57,768 bases of DNA from Clostridiales bacterium (GCA_031263985.1 JAISER010000013.1:1-57768); one strand, 5' to 3'. Shown: positions 33,210-44,804, counted from the stretch's first letter. Numbers and translations are program-made. The notes: generated by a model from the sequence alone, not told the origin.

Positions 33210-33318
33210 AGTCGATCTTCCTTAAAAATATAAAAATCAAGAAATTTTTACGCGCCTTATTGGAAACCGCGCGAAAATTAGCCGGGGTAAGAGCCTCCAA
33301 AGAAAAATTGATCGAAGT

Positions 33319-33783
33319 TTATGAAATCTCGCCCCTAATGTCATATCCGCCTTTTACCAAAAACCAAGCGTCGGTTTCAGCTTTTACGCCGCGCCCGTCA
33401 TAACGCGGGATTATAATCAAATTGTTAGCCGAAAGCCGCGCCCCGTCCGGCAAGTCCGCGCCTTGCGTGACGTTCGTAACGCCGTCTTCACCGGGACAAC
33501 GCGCCGTCGCCAAGCCGCTGCGCAAAATAATTTCCGCGCCCTCATGGCCAATCACGTATTGTCCCGCCGCTGCGAAAACAGGCGTAAACGCGGCGTTATC
33601 AGCGGCGGTTTCCGCCGGATTATCAGTCAAGGAGCCGAGCGCCGCCTTTATCTGTTCATCCACATAGCTTTTCGTCACTACAGGGTCGTCCGGACCGCCT
33701 GGGGCGGCCGCGCTCGCGCATAAGAGATTGGCCGCGAGAACCGCCGCCGCGCAAAACGCCGCGGGTTTATTTATCTTAATCAT
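33319..33783 (-). CDS. Hypothetical secreted protein
   Basis: MIKINKPAAFCAAAVLAANLLCASAAA signal peptide. ATG 33783 lies 5 nt after GGAGG. No family recognised. Confidence 0.6.
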   Translation of the reverse strand: MIKINKPAAFCAAAVLAANLLCASAAAPGGPDDPVVTKSYVDEQIKAALGSLTDNPAETAADNAAFTPVFAAAGQYVIGHEGAEIILRSGLATARCPGEDGVTNVTQGADLPDGARLSANNLIIIPRYDGRGVKAETDAWFLVKGGYDIRGEIS

Positions 33784-34053
33784 ATGAGCCTCCAATAACG
33801 TTTGACATAACCGCCGGATTTTAATTTATGAATCATAGTATACCAGTAAGGTCTTTTTTTTACAATAGAATTCGCGAATAACGAACTCCTTACGACGGAT
33901 CGCTCGTTATTTCGTCGATATATGGCGCGTATTATCGTTATCCGTATTATTCGCGCCGCTAAAATTATAGCCGTATTAGCTTGCCCTGGCGGCCGAAATA
34001 ATGTATTATTTAACCGACATTATCTAATTTACCGCCAGAGGAAGATAATCCGT

Positions 34054-36690
34054 ATGTCTAAAAAACTAATGCTTATTGACGGAAACAGCATAATTAACCG
34101 CGCGTTCCATGCCTATCCTCAGCTTACGAACAAAGACGGCGTCCACACCGGCGCCGTCTACGGGTTTTTAAAAATAGCGCTTAAATTTTTCGACGAGGAA
34201 AAGCCCGAATATATCGCCGTAGCGTTTGACGTATCGGCGCCGACGTTCAGACATGGCGTCTTCGCGGAATATAAAGGGACGCGCAAGCCTATGGCGGAAG
34301 AATTAAGGCCGCAGATACCGCTTTTGAGGTCGCTTTTGGAGAAAATGGGAATAGCCGCCGCATCATTGGAAGGCTATGAGGCCGACGACATTATAGGGAC
34401 GCTTTCGGCGCGGGGGGCGGCGGATGGCATGACCGTCTCGATAGTTTCCGGCGACAGGGATATGCTCCAGCTTTGCTCTGACGCCGTAAAGACGATAATT
34501 CCCACGACAAAAGCCGGCAAGCCCGCGGTGGAGATCCATACGGCTCAAAGCATGATGGAAGCTATGGGGGTTTCGCCAAAGCAATATATAGACGTGAAGG
34601 CGCTTATGGGCGACGCTTCGGACAACATACCCGGCGTTCCGGGCATAGGCGAGAAAACCGCGCTTAAGATAATTCAACAATACGGCTCGCTTGAAAACGC
34701 CGTGAAAATGGTTTCCGAAATAACCCCGCCGCGCGCCGCGAAAAACATCGAGCAATACAGAGAGCAGGCTTTTTTGAGCCGAGATTTGGCCGAGATACGT
34801 CTGGACGCGCCTATTGAGCTTGAGTTAGCCGGCATGGCCGTCGGCGATATTTTTACGCCGGAAGCTTTTGATGAGATAAAAAGGCTTGAATTCAGATCCC
34901 TTTTCGCGCGTTTTGAATCAGGAACCTTGAATAAAACCCCGTCCGTTGGAACGGAGGGCGTTGTAATTAATACGCTTAACGAACTTGAGGAATATATATC
35001 GCAAAGAAACGGCGGCGCCTTTCAAATCGTATTTATAGACGGTGAAAACAAAGGCGCGTCTTTCGCGTTTGAAAGCGAAATGCCCGCGTTCGCGCCTATT
35101 TCCGAAGAAATTGACGAAGCCGGCTTGTTTCGCGCCATAGCGCCCTATCTGGAGAGCGATGGCGAAAAAGTCACGTTCGACTTTAAAAGGGGTAAAACGC
35201 GGGCGCTCAAATTCGGCGTTAATCCGCGCGGCGTCGTTTTTGACCCGGCTATAGCGGCGTATATTTTGGACGCGTCGCGCGGCTCATACCCTTACGAATA
35301 TATAGTTGAGCGATATTTAGGCGAAACTCCGCCCGCTGCGGACAGCGCTCTTTCGGGCAAGGGCGCTAAAAAACAGATTGACGCCGCGGTTTTGGAGCGG
35401 GTCGCGTGGTCGATGCCCGAAGCCGCTCTCAGGTTAAAGCCCATAACCGCCGGCGCGCTGGCCGAAAGCGGTCAGACGGAACTGTTTGAAGAGATCGAGA
35501 CGCCGCTTTGCTCGGTTCTGGCCGAAATGGAAAACGCCGGCGTGCGCGTGGACGCCGGCGCGCTCCAACGTTACGGCGAAAAGCTTGATGAAAAAATAAA
35601 CGAGCTTACCGCGCGCATATACGACCTCGCCGGGGAGCGGTTCAACATAAACTCGCCCGCTCAGCTTGGCGTGATACTATTCGAAAAGCTTAACATTAAA
35701 AGCGTCAAAAAGACTAAAACGGGTTATTCCACGGCGGCGGACGCTCTTGAAAAGATAGCCGGCCGTCACCCCATCGTCTCTGAGATAACGGAATACCGCA
35801 CTTACTCCAAACTCAAAAACACGTATGTGACGGGACTTCTTTCGCAAATTGGCGAAGACGGCAAAATACGCACGACTTTTCAGCAAACCGCCGTATCCAC
35901 CGGGCGGCTTTCAAGCGTAGATCCGAACTTGCAGAACATACCCGCGCGCATTCCGCTTGGACGAGAGCTGCGCAAGGTATTCGTTCCGTCGGACGGATAT
36001 CTGTTCGCCGACAGCGACTACAGTCAAATAGAGTTGCGCGTGTTGGCTCATATGTCCGGCGACGAGACGCTCATACAGGCGTTTAACGAAGACCAGGACA
36101 TACATCGACTTACCGCGTCGCGCGTTTTTCACACGCCCTATGAGGAAGTGACCGATTTCCAGCGCGGCGCGGCGAAGGCCGTGAACTTTGGCATAGTGTA
36201 CGGCATAGGGGCTTTTAGTCTGAGTGAGGATCTGCGCGTCACGCGCAAAGAGGCCGAACTCTACATTGAGAGCTATTTCGCTAAATATCCCAAGGTCAAG
36301 CTATATATGGACAAGACGATTGAAGACGCCTATAAAAACGGATATGTCTCGACTATTTTCGGACGGCGGCGGTCAATCCCCGAACTAACATCGTCGAATT
36401 TCAATACTCGCGCGTTTGGCGAACGAGTCGCCATGAACATGCCTATACAGGGTACGGCCGCTGATATTATGAAAATCGCTATGATACGCGTTCACGACAG
36501 ACTGGCCGAGCAGGCTCCCATGTCGCGCATAGTTTTACAGGTGCATGACGAGCTTCTGCTTGAGGCGAAAAAAGAAGAGCTTGACGCGGTTTTGCGTATT
36601 TTAAATGAAGAGATGGAAAACTGCGTGAAGCTGGATGTAAAGCTCCGGGCGGACTGTAATGTCGGTGAAAACTGGTTTGAGACTAAATGA
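34054..36690 (+). CDS. polA: DNA polymerase I
   Basis: 5'-nuclease domain (LIDGNSIINRAFHA), central 3'-5' exonuclease-like domain and family-A polymerase motifs (DYSQIELRVLAH, QVHDELL). Start ATG 34054; the upstream part of the ORF is non-coding. Confidence 0.95.
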   Translation: MSKKLMLIDGNSIINRAFHAYPQLTNKDGVHTGAVYGFLKIALKFFDEEKPEYIAVAFDVSAPTFRHGVFAEYKGTRKPMAEELRPQIPLLRSLLEKMGIAAASLEGYEADDIIGTLSARGAADGMTVSIVSGDRDMLQLCSDAVKTIIPTTKAGKPAVEIHTAQSMMEAMGVSPKQYIDVKALMGDASDNIPGVPGIGEKTALKIIQQYGSLENAVKMVSEITPPRAAKNIEQYREQAFLSRDLAEIRLDAPIELELAGMAVGDIFTPEAFDEIKRLEFRSLFARFESGTLNKTPSVGTEGVVINTLNELEEYISQRNGGAFQIVFIDGENKGASFAFESEMPAFAPISEEIDEAGLFRAIAPYLESDGEKVTFDFKRGKTRALKFGVNPRGVVFDPAIAAYILDASRGSYPYEYIVERYLGETPPAADSALSGKGAKKQIDAAVLERVAWSMPEAALRLKPITAGALAESGQTELFEEIETPLCSVLAEMENAGVRVDAGALQRYGEKLDEKINELTARIYDLAGERFNINSPAQLGVILFEKLNIKSVKKTKTGYSTAADALEKIAGRHPIVSEITEYRTYSKLKNTYVTGLLSQIGEDGKIRTTFQQTAVSTGRLSSVDPNLQNIPARIPLGRELRKVFVPSDGYLFADSDYSQIELRVLAHMSGDETLIQAFNEDQDIHRLTASRVFHTPYEEVTDFQRGAAKAVNFGIVYGIGAFSLSEDLRVTRKEAELYIESYFAKYPKVKLYMDKTIEDAYKNGYVSTIFGRRRSIPELTSSNFNTRAFGERVAMNMPIQGTAADIMKIAMIRVHDRLAEQAPMSRIVLQVHDELLLEAKKEELDAVLRILNEEMENCVKLDVKLRADCNVGENWFETK

Positions 36691-36759
36691 CTAAGACGGA
36701 CGCTAGAGCGAATGAGCGAAAATTATTGTTTAAAAACAGTCGGGGCTGAGTGTCGATTA

Positions 36760-37341
36760 ATGAAGATAATAGGTTTGACGGGCGCGTCCGGCAGCGGTAA
36801 AACGTCCGTGGGAGCGATTTTGGCGGCCAGAGGCGGCTATATAATAGACGCGGACAAAGTAGCGCGTGACGTGATGAAGCCAGGCGAACCCGCGCTTGAT
36901 GAGATTGTCCGGCGTTTCGGCTCCGCGGCGCTTAAAGACGGCGAGTTAGACAGGCGCGCGTTAGGCGAGCTTGTATTTTTTGACGCTGACAGTCTTAGAG
37001 ATCTGAATGACATTACGCATAAATATATACTGTCGGAAATATATAATGAGCTTGAGAGAGTCAAGAATGAGGGCGAATACGAGTTTATAGCGATAGACGC
37101 GCCGCTTTTGGTCGAAACGGGGTTGCATAAGGCTGTCGATGAAATATGGCTTATTCGCGCGGCAAGGGAAACCTCCATAAAACGCGTTACGGAACGTGAC
37201 GATATAACGGATGAACTGGCTGGGGCGCGTTTGGACGCTCGATCGCGTCTTGACGAAATTGAGCGTATGGCTTCTAAGATAATAGATAATTCCGGAGATT
37301 TGGAACGGCTTGAGAAATTGGTGGACGAATGTTTGGGTTAA
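36760..37341 (+). CDS. coaE: Dephospho-CoA kinase
   Basis: MKIIGLTGASGSGKTSV P-loop start and typical position after polA. Confidence 0.9.
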   Translation: MKIIGLTGASGSGKTSVGAILAARGGYIIDADKVARDVMKPGEPALDEIVRRFGSAALKDGELDRRALGELVFFDADSLRDLNDITHKYILSEIYNELERVKNEGEYEFIAIDAPLLVETGLHKAVDEIWLIRAARETSIKRVTERDDITDELAGARLDARSRLDEIERMASKIIDNSGDLERLEKLVDECLG

Positions 37342-37904
37342 ACGGAAAGAAAAACGGAAGCGCGGTTTTTAGAACCTTCGCGGCGTGCCTTGCGCTGGTC
37401 GCGTGTTTTCTGGCGTTTAGAAGGATGTATCCGCTTGAACACGCCGCGCTTATTGAAAAGTATTCCAAAGAGTATTCCATCTCTCCCGCCTTTGTTTGCG
37501 CTGTGATAAAGGCTGAAAGCGGCTTTCGGAAAAACGCGTCGTCTCATAAAGGCGCGGGCGGGCTTATGCAGATTACGGAGCCGACGGCGGTTTGGCTCGC
37601 GGATAAAATTGGTATTGACGGTTTTGAGTATGAGATGATTTACGATCCGGAGACGAACATAAACATAGGCTGCTATTATATAAGACTGCTTTTTGATAAA
37701 TATCACGGAGATGAGAGTTTAACGCTGGCGGCGTACAACGCAGGCGAGGGAACGGTCGCCAGGTGGTTGTCCGACCCGCGCTACAGCGCCGACGGCGAAA
37801 CTCTTTACGCGGTTCCTTTTAAAGAGACTCGGAACTACTTGCGCCGCGTCCGGTTTAACGCTAAAATTTACAGAGTAGTCTGGAAGATATATAGCGGGCT
37901 ATGA
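37329..37904 (+). CDS. Lytic transglycosylase (SLT domain), membrane-anchored
   Basis: N-terminal TM segment. SLT motifs AVIKAESGF, GLMQI, AYNAGEG. Confidence 0.88.
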   Translation: MFGLNGKKNGSAVFRTFAACLALVACFLAFRRMYPLEHAALIEKYSKEYSISPAFVCAVIKAESGFRKNASSHKGAGGLMQITEPTAVWLADKIGIDGFEYEMIYDPETNINIGCYYIRLLFDKYHGDESLTLAAYNAGEGTVARWLSDPRYSADGETLYAVPFKETRNYLRRVRFNAKIYRVVWKIYSGL

Positions 37905-37941
37905 CAAAAATTACAGATTAACCTGAAGCGTGGTGAGCTTT

Positions 37942-39570
37942 ATGGCTAAAAAATTTATCGCGGCGATAGTAATGACCGCGCTGATGTCGGCGTGCTCCGC
38001 GGACCCGAAAAGTTCGGAGATTGAAGAAAACGAAAACATATCGTCGGATATGCCTGAAGAGGATACGCTTGGCGCCGAAGAGGACTCGGTTCCCGCATCG
38101 GCTATAAAAAAGCCGCTTACGCTTTCTATGCGCATTCCGCGGGACTTTAACCCTCTTTTAAACGAGAACGAGAGTGTGGACAGCGTTTTAAAGCTTATAT
38201 TCGAACCTCTCGTTACGCTTGACGCGTCGCTAAAGCCGATAGGCGGACTCGCGCGAAGTTTTGATTTCGCGCAGGACGGCCTGAGCGTTCGCGTCGCGCT
38301 GAGAGAGGACGCGGTATGGAGCGACGGTTCGCCAATTACCTCTCAGGACGTTAAATATTCTCTCAACGTTATAAAAAGCGCGCCGGAATCGTCTTTATAT
38401 AAAGAATGCGCCAAGAATGTGAAGTCTTGCGATGTTGTGGACGATTCGACGGTGAATATAACTTTTGACAATGTGTATGGATCGCAGGCTTACCGTCTTC
38501 GTTTTCCGGTAATACCGCGCCATTATTATGAAAACATGAAAAAAGCGATAAGCGCCGAACCCGTTTTGCCTATTGGCTGCGGCATGTACGTGATGGAATC
38601 GTATTCGGTGGCTAAAGGCGCTGGGCTCGTTGTCAACGAGCTTTATTTTGAGCGAAAGCCCGAAATACGAAATATAAACGTTATAGTGGCGGATTCGGAA
38701 ACGAGTCTTTACGCGTTCAACTCCGGCGTCATAGACTGCGTTGACGCGTCTATGGCGGAGTTAGCGCGGATTTCCGTCGGCGAGGCGAATATAGTCGAAT
38801 ATACTAACGGTTTTTATGAGTTTATAGGGTTTAACTTTGGTTCCGCCGTTTTCTCCGACGCGCGCGTCAGACGCGCCGTGGCGCTTAGCGTGGACATTGA
38901 CGAGATCATAGAAACGGCGTATTTGTCACAGGCTAAGCGCGCCATGTCGCCGATAAGCCCGGAGAGCTGGCTGTATGAACCGAATGTCGTCAAACTGAAG
39001 CCGGACATTAAACAGGCGGCGACTCTGCTGGACGAGGCCGGGTTCAAGACGCCGGACGCCGGCGGAGCGCGGACGCGCCAAACGGCGGCCGGTGAGACCC
39101 GGTTAAGTTTTGACATTTTGGTGAACGAGGAGAATATAGAACGGTTAAAAATAGCTCAAACGCTTAGCGACAGCTTGAAAAAGCTCAACATAGAGACGTC
39201 GATTGTGTCAAAACCCTTTTTTGAGTATGAAGACATGATCGAGTCCGGTCAATATGACTTGTTGGCGGGCGGGTTTATAGCGCCTGATTTTCCGGATTTC
39301 GCGTTCGCTTTCTCCGGAGAGGAAAATATCTTCCGGTATAAAAGCGCGGAAATGGACGAACACATATCGCGTATCGAAAACGCCGTGAACGAGAGCGTTT
39401 TGAAGAGCGCCGCGAGCGAGTTCCAAAATTTCTTCGCGCAAGAGCTTGTATGCGTCAGCCTCGCGTTCAGAGAGTCCGCGCTTATCGCCGACAAAAGGAT
39501 TCTGGGAGATTTGCGCGCGGCGCGCGGCGCGCCGTACGCTAACGTTAACGAATGGCGTTTGGACGAGTGA
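37942..39570 (+). CDS. ABC-transporter substrate-binding lipoprotein, family 5 (peptide/nickel type), orphan
   Basis: MAKKFIAAIVMTALMSAC lipobox and SBP_bac_5-like body. No permease or ATPase genes are adjacent. Confidence 0.8.
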   Translation: MAKKFIAAIVMTALMSACSADPKSSEIEENENISSDMPEEDTLGAEEDSVPASAIKKPLTLSMRIPRDFNPLLNENESVDSVLKLIFEPLVTLDASLKPIGGLARSFDFAQDGLSVRVALREDAVWSDGSPITSQDVKYSLNVIKSAPESSLYKECAKNVKSCDVVDDSTVNITFDNVYGSQAYRLRFPVIPRHYYENMKKAISAEPVLPIGCGMYVMESYSVAKGAGLVVNELYFERKPEIRNINVIVADSETSLYAFNSGVIDCVDASMAELARISVGEANIVEYTNGFYEFIGFNFGSAVFSDARVRRAVALSVDIDEIIETAYLSQAKRAMSPISPESWLYEPNVVKLKPDIKQAATLLDEAGFKTPDAGGARTRQTAAGETRLSFDILVNEENIERLKIAQTLSDSLKKLNIETSIVSKPFFEYEDMIESGQYDLLAGGFIAPDFPDFAFAFSGEENIFRYKSAEMDEHISRIENAVNESVLKSAASEFQNFFAQELVCVSLAFRESALIADKRILGDLRAARGAPYANVNEWRLDE

Positions 39571-39711
39571 GCTATCGCGCGGTATGACGGAGGGCGAGCG
39601 ATTTTTACCCGTATGATTCATAGAAAATATTGTATGTACAATCTAAGCTTAGGCAATTATAATAGACGAGCGCGTTTCGCGGAATCGGGGGGATAAAAAG
39701 GAGCTGGGGCT

Positions 39712-40800
39712 TTGAAAAAGAAAAAAATAGGCGTTTTGACCGGAGGCGGAGACGCGCCGGGGCTTAACGCCGTAATTTACGCTCTTACGAAGACTTGCGT
39801 GACGGAATTCGGGTATGAGCTAATAGGCTATAGGTTCGGATATAGAGGACTCTATGAAAATAAGTTCACGCCTCTTAATATGTCCGCTGTTTCCGGCATT
39901 TTGCACAAAGGCGGAACTATACTGCATAGCTCCAACAAAGATAATCTCTTTGAATTTTTCGTGTCCGCGGCCGGACAGAAGGTAAAAAAAGATGTTTCGA
40001 GCGTAGCCATCGAAAACATGGCCAATGAAGGCGTTGACGCGTTATGCGTGCTTGGCGGCGACGGCACTTTGACGAGCGCGCGAGATTTCGCGCGTAAAGG
40101 CATCAATGTCGTGGGCGTGCCGAAAACCATAGACAACGACTTGCTTTCCACCGAAACGACGTTCGGGTTCGATACGGCTGTGAGCATAGTCACGGAAAAT
40201 CTTGGCCGGCTCCATACGACGGCTGAATCGCATCATCGAGTGATGATAGCGGAAGTCATGGGACGCTCCGCGGGCTGGATAGCGCTGCACGCCGGCATAG
40301 CGGGTTCCGCTGATGTGATACTTATACCGGAAATACCGTTTTCCTTGGAAAATATCGTGGCTAAAATCAAGGAACGAGACGCGCTCGGCAAATATTTCTC
40401 CGTTATAGTCGTTTGCGAGGGCGCCATTGAAAAAGGAGGTGAAGCGGTCGTCGGAAAAATTGTCGAGGACAGCCCGGATCCTATACGTTTTGGCGGCGTC
40501 GGCGCGTATCTGGCGCATAGGCTGGAACCTCTCGTGGAACATGAGGTCAGGTCGTGCGCTTTTGGGCATATACAGCGCGGCGGAGAAACGTCGGCGCAAG
40601 ACCGCGTGCTTTCCTGTCGTTACGGGGTGGCCGCCGCTCACTTGATTCATGAAGAAAAGTATGGTAATATGGTTTGTCTAAGAAGGGGCGTTATGGAATA
40701 TGAAAGCCTGGAAAAAGTTATCGGTCAGAATAAGCTTGTAAATCCGAACGGAGAGCTTGTGCGCGTCGCCAGAAGCCTTGGCGTATCATTCGGAGGTTAA
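39712..40800 (+). CDS. pfkA: 6-phosphofructokinase (PfkA family; phosphoryl-donor specificity unresolved)
   Basis: GVLTGGGDAPGLNA, GGDGTL and PKTIDNDL motifs. Gly at the 104-equivalent position is ATP-type, but Lys at the 124-equivalent is PPi/group-III-type. TTG start behind AAAGGAG. Confidence 0.88.
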   Translation: MKKKKIGVLTGGGDAPGLNAVIYALTKTCVTEFGYELIGYRFGYRGLYENKFTPLNMSAVSGILHKGGTILHSSNKDNLFEFFVSAAGQKVKKDVSSVAIENMANEGVDALCVLGGDGTLTSARDFARKGINVVGVPKTIDNDLLSTETTFGFDTAVSIVTENLGRLHTTAESHHRVMIAEVMGRSAGWIALHAGIAGSADVILIPEIPFSLENIVAKIKERDALGKYFSVIVVCEGAIEKGGEAVVGKIVEDSPDPIRFGGVGAYLAHRLEPLVEHEVRSCAFGHIQRGGETSAQDRVLSCRYGVAAAHLIHEEKYGNMVCLRRGVMEYESLEKVIGQNKLVNPNGELVRVARSLGVSFGG

Positions 40801-40868
40801 GCGAAGGGGTCTGGGCGGGCGCCTATGGTTTTGATCTTTTTTAAAGCTGGAAATGAAGGTGGTTTAAC

Positions 40869-43454
40869 ATGGGATTGTTAGACAAGATAATGGGCAGTTA
40901 CAGCGGCAGAGAGGTCAAGCGCGTGTGGCCTACCGTACACGCCGTTACCGCGCTTGAGCCGGGACTGGCGTCGCTTTCCGACGACGAGCTTAGGGGCAAG
41001 ACGGACGGGTTCCGCTCGCGTTACGAACAGGGCGAAGCGCTGGACGACATGCTTGTCGAGGCGTTCGCCGTCGTGCGTGAGGCGGCCAAGCGCGTGTTGA
41101 ACATGAGACATTTCGACGTGCAGATACTGGGCGGCGTGGTCATGCATCAAGGCCGCATAGCGGAGATGAAGACCGGCGAGGGAAAGACGCTTGTCGCCAC
41201 GCTTCCGGCGTATCTTAACGCGCTTTCGGGCGATGGGGTTCATATAGTTACGGTTAATGACTATTTGGCGAAGAGAGACTCGGAATGGATGGGCCAGGTT
41301 TTTCGGTTCCTGGGTCTTTCGGTAGGAGTCATATTGCACGACTTGACGCCGATTGAACGTCAGGAAGCTTATAATTGCGACGTGACTTACGGCACCAATA
41401 ATGAGCTTGGCTTTGATTACTTAAGGGATAATATGGTCGTCTATAAAGAGAATATGGTTCAAAGAGGCTTGATCTACGCGATAATCGACGAAGTCGACTC
41501 CGTCCTTATAGACGAAGCGCGCACGCCTCTTATAATATCCGGCAGCAGCGGTAAAAGCACGGAACTTTATAAAGTCGCCGACTCGTTCGTAAAGACGCTC
41601 AAAAAAGGGCGGATCTTAAATGAAGACGAGGCCATGAACCGTATGATACGCGCGGAACTGCAAGAAGAAGGCGATTTTGTCGTTGATGAAAAAGGAAAGA
41701 CCGTTTCGTTGACGCAGGAAGGCGTAGTGAAGGCCGAGAGATTTTTCGCCGTTGAAAATCTGGCCGATCCTGAGAATTTAAATGTTCAACATCATATTAA
41801 CAACGCGCTCAAAGCTAATTATAACATGTTTCGCGATAAGGATTACGTCGTGAAAGACTCCGAGGTTATAATCGTCGATGAGTTTACGGGCCGGATGATG
41901 CCGGGCAGGAGATATTCCGACGGTTTGCACCAGGCCATTGAAGCTAAGGAGAACGTCAAAGTAAAACGCGAAAGTAAGACGTTAGCCACTATAACGTTCC
42001 AGAACTTTTTTAACAAATACGCCAAAAAGTCGGGCATGACCGGCACAGCGCTTACCGAGGAAGGCGAGTTTCGTGAGATTTACGGCATGGACGTCGTGGT
42101 GATGCCCACTAACATGCCCGTCGTGCGTAAGGATTTTTCCGATGTCGTGTATAAGTCGGAGGCCGGCAAATTTAGAGCCGTAGTTAAGGATATTATTCAA
42201 TGTCATGAAAACGGTCAGCCTGTTCTTGTCGGCACGATAACCATCGATAAGTCGGAGCTTTTGAGCGAGACGCTTCGCAAACAGGGCGTTCCGCATCAAG
42301 TGCTTAACGCCAAGTTTCATGAAAAGGAAGCGGAAATAATAGCGCGCGCCGGAGAGCGCGGCGCCGTCACCATAGCCACTAACATGGCCGGGCGCGGAAC
42401 GGATATAAAGCTTGAACCCGGCGTCCAGGACCTTGGCGGTCTTAAAATAATAGGTACGGAACGTCACGAGTCGCGCCGCATAGATAATCAGCTTCGCGGT
42501 CGTTCCGGAAGACAGGGCGACCCTGGCCAGTCGCGGTTTTATATATCGCTCGAAGACGATTTAATGCGGTTGTTCGGTTCGGAACGCGTTATGAAAATCG
42601 TCGAGACAATGGGCATGTCCGAAGACGACCCCATAGAGCACGGCATGCTCACGAAAGCGATAGAAAACGCGCAAAAAAGGGTTGAAAGCAATAACTTCAG
42701 CATACGTAAGCATCTGCTCGAATATGACAGGGTGATGAATGAGCAGAGAGAGATCATTTACGGCGAACGCTCAAAAGTGCTTGTCGGCGAGGATTTACGC
42801 GAAAACATAATGTCTATGATTAAAAACGTCATAGACCGAGCGGTCGATCTGTACGCGGGAGATTCGGAATTCCCCGAGGAGTGGGACTTTAACGGTCTCA
42901 ATGAGTGGCTCTTTCCATTTTTTCATAGAGCAGCTTACGTTTTAACTCCGGAAGAGAAACAGTCGCTCGCGCGCGACGATCTGAAAGAACGACTGCTTAA
43001 AGACGCGGTTGAGATTTACGAGCGGAAAGAACAGGAGATCACTCCCGAGAAGATGCGCGAAATCGAACGCGCCGTTTTGCTGAAAGTCGTTGATCGAAAA
43101 TGGATGGATCATATCGACGAGATGGATCAGATGCGTCAGGGCATATCGCTTCGCGCTTACGCGCAGCGCGACCCGCTTGTCGAATATAAGTTTTTGGGTT
43201 ATGAAATGTTCGATGAAATGAGCGCTAATATACAGCTTGACACGACGCGCGGACTGTTTAATATACGTCTGGCTATAGAGCCGGAACGCGAAGCCGTCGC
43301 CAAGGACACGTTCACGAACAAAGATGAAACGTCGGTCAGTCAGCCTAAAAAGCGTAAAAATTCGAAGGTCGGCCGCAATGACCCATGCCCGTGCGGCAGC
43401 GGCAAAAAATTTAAATACTGCCACGGGCAAGTTGAAGCGGGAGTCAATAAGTGA
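40869..43454 (+). CDS. secA: Preprotein translocase ATPase SecA
   Basis: 861 aa with DEAD-like motor motifs and the C-terminal zinc finger [14 protein letters not shown]. Confidence 0.97.
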   Translation: MGLLDKIMGSYSGREVKRVWPTVHAVTALEPGLASLSDDELRGKTDGFRSRYEQGEALDDMLVEAFAVVREAAKRVLNMRHFDVQILGGVVMHQGRIAEMKTGEGKTLVATLPAYLNALSGDGVHIVTVNDYLAKRDSEWMGQVFRFLGLSVGVILHDLTPIERQEAYNCDVTYGTNNELGFDYLRDNMVVYKENMVQRGLIYAIIDEVDSVLIDEARTPLIISGSSGKSTELYKVADSFVKTLKKGRILNEDEAMNRMIRAELQEEGDFVVDEKGKTVSLTQEGVVKAERFFAVENLADPENLNVQHHINNALKANYNMFRDKDYVVKDSEVIIVDEFTGRMMPGRRYSDGLHQAIEAKENVKVKRESKTLATITFQNFFNKYAKKSGMTGTALTEEGEFREIYGMDVVVMPTNMPVVRKDFSDVVYKSEAGKFRAVVKDIIQCHENGQPVLVGTITIDKSELLSETLRKQGVPHQVLNAKFHEKEAEIIARAGERGAVTIATNMAGRGTDIKLEPGVQDLGGLKIIGTERHESRRIDNQLRGRSGRQGDPGQSRFYISLEDDLMRLFGSERVMKIVETMGMSEDDPIEHGMLTKAIENAQKRVESNNFSIRKHLLEYDRVMNEQREIIYGERSKVLVGEDLRENIMSMIKNVIDRAVDLYAGDSEFPEEWDFNGLNEWLFPFFHRAAYVLTPEEKQSLARDDLKERLLKDAVEIYERKEQEITPEKMREIERAVLLKVVDRKWMDHIDEMDQMRQGISLRAYAQRDPLVEYKFLGYEMFDEMSANIQLDTTRGLFNIRLAIEPEREAVAKDTFTNKDETSVSQPKKRKNSKVGRNDPCPCGSGKKFKYCHGQVEAGVNK

Positions 43455-43489
43455 AGAAAAGTATTATTTTAAGGAAGTGGACATGACCA

Positions 43490-44606
43490 ATGGTAGAGCT
43501 TGAGCGGCTTAAGGCCGAGATATCGCCTTACAAGGCTAAACTGGTTGAAATGGGGAACTCTCTTTGACGTCGCGGGCGCGAGCGAAAGCGCGGCCGCTTT
43601 GGAAGAGCTGTCTCTGCGGCCTGAATTCTGGGGCGACATGGAAAACTCGCAAAAAAGGCTTAAAGAGCTAAAATCGCTAAAAAACAGGATCTCCGCGTAT
43701 AGGAATCTCTGCGCGGAATATGACGACCTTGTGACTCTTGCGGACATGGGTATAGAGGAAAATGACGCCGAAATCGCGTTAGAGGCCAAAAGCGCGGCCA
43801 AATCGTTTAAAGCGAATTTTGAAGAGTTGCGTATGCGCGCGCTGCTAAACGGCGAATACGACAAAAATAACGCCATAGTCACGCTTCATTCGGGAGCGGG
43901 CGGCACGGAAGCTTGCGATTGGGCGAATATGCTTTTCCGCATGTATTCAAGATGGGCGGAAAAACGCGGCTATGACATAGAAACGATCGACTGTTTGCAA
44001 GGTGAGGAAGCCGGCGTGAAATCCGTAACGTTTTTAGTGTCCGGCGAAAACGCCTATGGTTTTATGCGCGCGGAAAAAGGCGTGCATAGGCTTGTGCGCA
44101 TTTCGCCGTTCGACGCGTCGGGGCGCAGACATACTTCGTTCGCGTCGTGCGACGTGATGCCGGAGCTGGAAGATGACGCGGAAATAGAAATAAACTCGGA
44201 CGACATAAGGATAGACACGTTCCGTTCTAGCGGCGCCGGGGGACAGCATGTCAATAAAACCGATTCAGCGATACGTATAACGCACATGCCCACAGGGGTC
44301 GTAGTGCAGTGCCAAAATGAACGGTCGCAGCATAAAAACAAAGACTTCGCCATGAAAATGCTGAAAGCCAAACTTTATGAGATTAAAGTGAGCGAGCAGG
44401 CCGCCAAAACGCAGGGTATACGCGGAGAAGTTAAAGACATCGCTTGGGGAAGCCAAATACGTTCATATGTTTTTCATCCGTACAGCATGGTCAAAGACCA
44501 CAGAACAAACGAGGAAGTCGGTAATGTGCAAGCCGTTATGGACGGAGATATAGATGTTTTCATAAACTCCTATCTTGTGATGAACTCCAATTTCAGCGCG
44601 TTTTAG
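43490..44606 (+). CDS. prfB: Peptide chain release factor 2 (programmed +1 frameshift)
   Basis: Frame 0 runs from ATG 43490 and encodes MVELERLKAEISPYKAKLVEMGNSL, then CTT TGA C at 43562-43568. Frame +1 continues from GAC 43566 (DVAGASESAAALEEL...). SPF and GGQ motifs (SSGAGGQHVN) lie downstream. Confidence 0.95.
43552..43568 (+). other. RF2 autoregulatory +1 frameshift site
   Basis: GGGGAA (SD-like), TCT, then CTT TGA C, which is the canonical slippery CUU-UGA-C context. Confidence 0.9.
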
Positions 44607-44636
44607 CGATGTCGCGCCGTAATCTGTAAAGATTCG

Positions 44637-44675
44637 TTCGGAGGAAATTTTTATTGAGAAAAAATTTCCTCCGAA
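44637..44675 (+). terminator. Hairpin terminator after prfB
   Basis: ttcggaggaaattttt-attgaga-aaaaatttcctccgaa (16-bp stem). Confidence 0.65.
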
Positions 44676-44775
44676 CCTCATTTGAAAGGTCTTCATCTAA
44701 AAATTTCATTTTGATTGGTCTCTGAAAAAGGCTTGAAGGGATTTTAGGAATTTACAGTTTTGTAAAAAATACTCA

Positions 44776-44804
44776 TTGACAAAGGTTATCGCGAAACTTA
44801 TAAT
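44776..44804 (+). promoter_or_regulatory. Consensus sigma-A promoter of the EPS/capsule locus
   Basis: TTGACA (44776-44781), 17 nt, TATAAT (44799-44804), followed by a ~195-nt untranslated leader before 45003. Confidence 0.7.
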
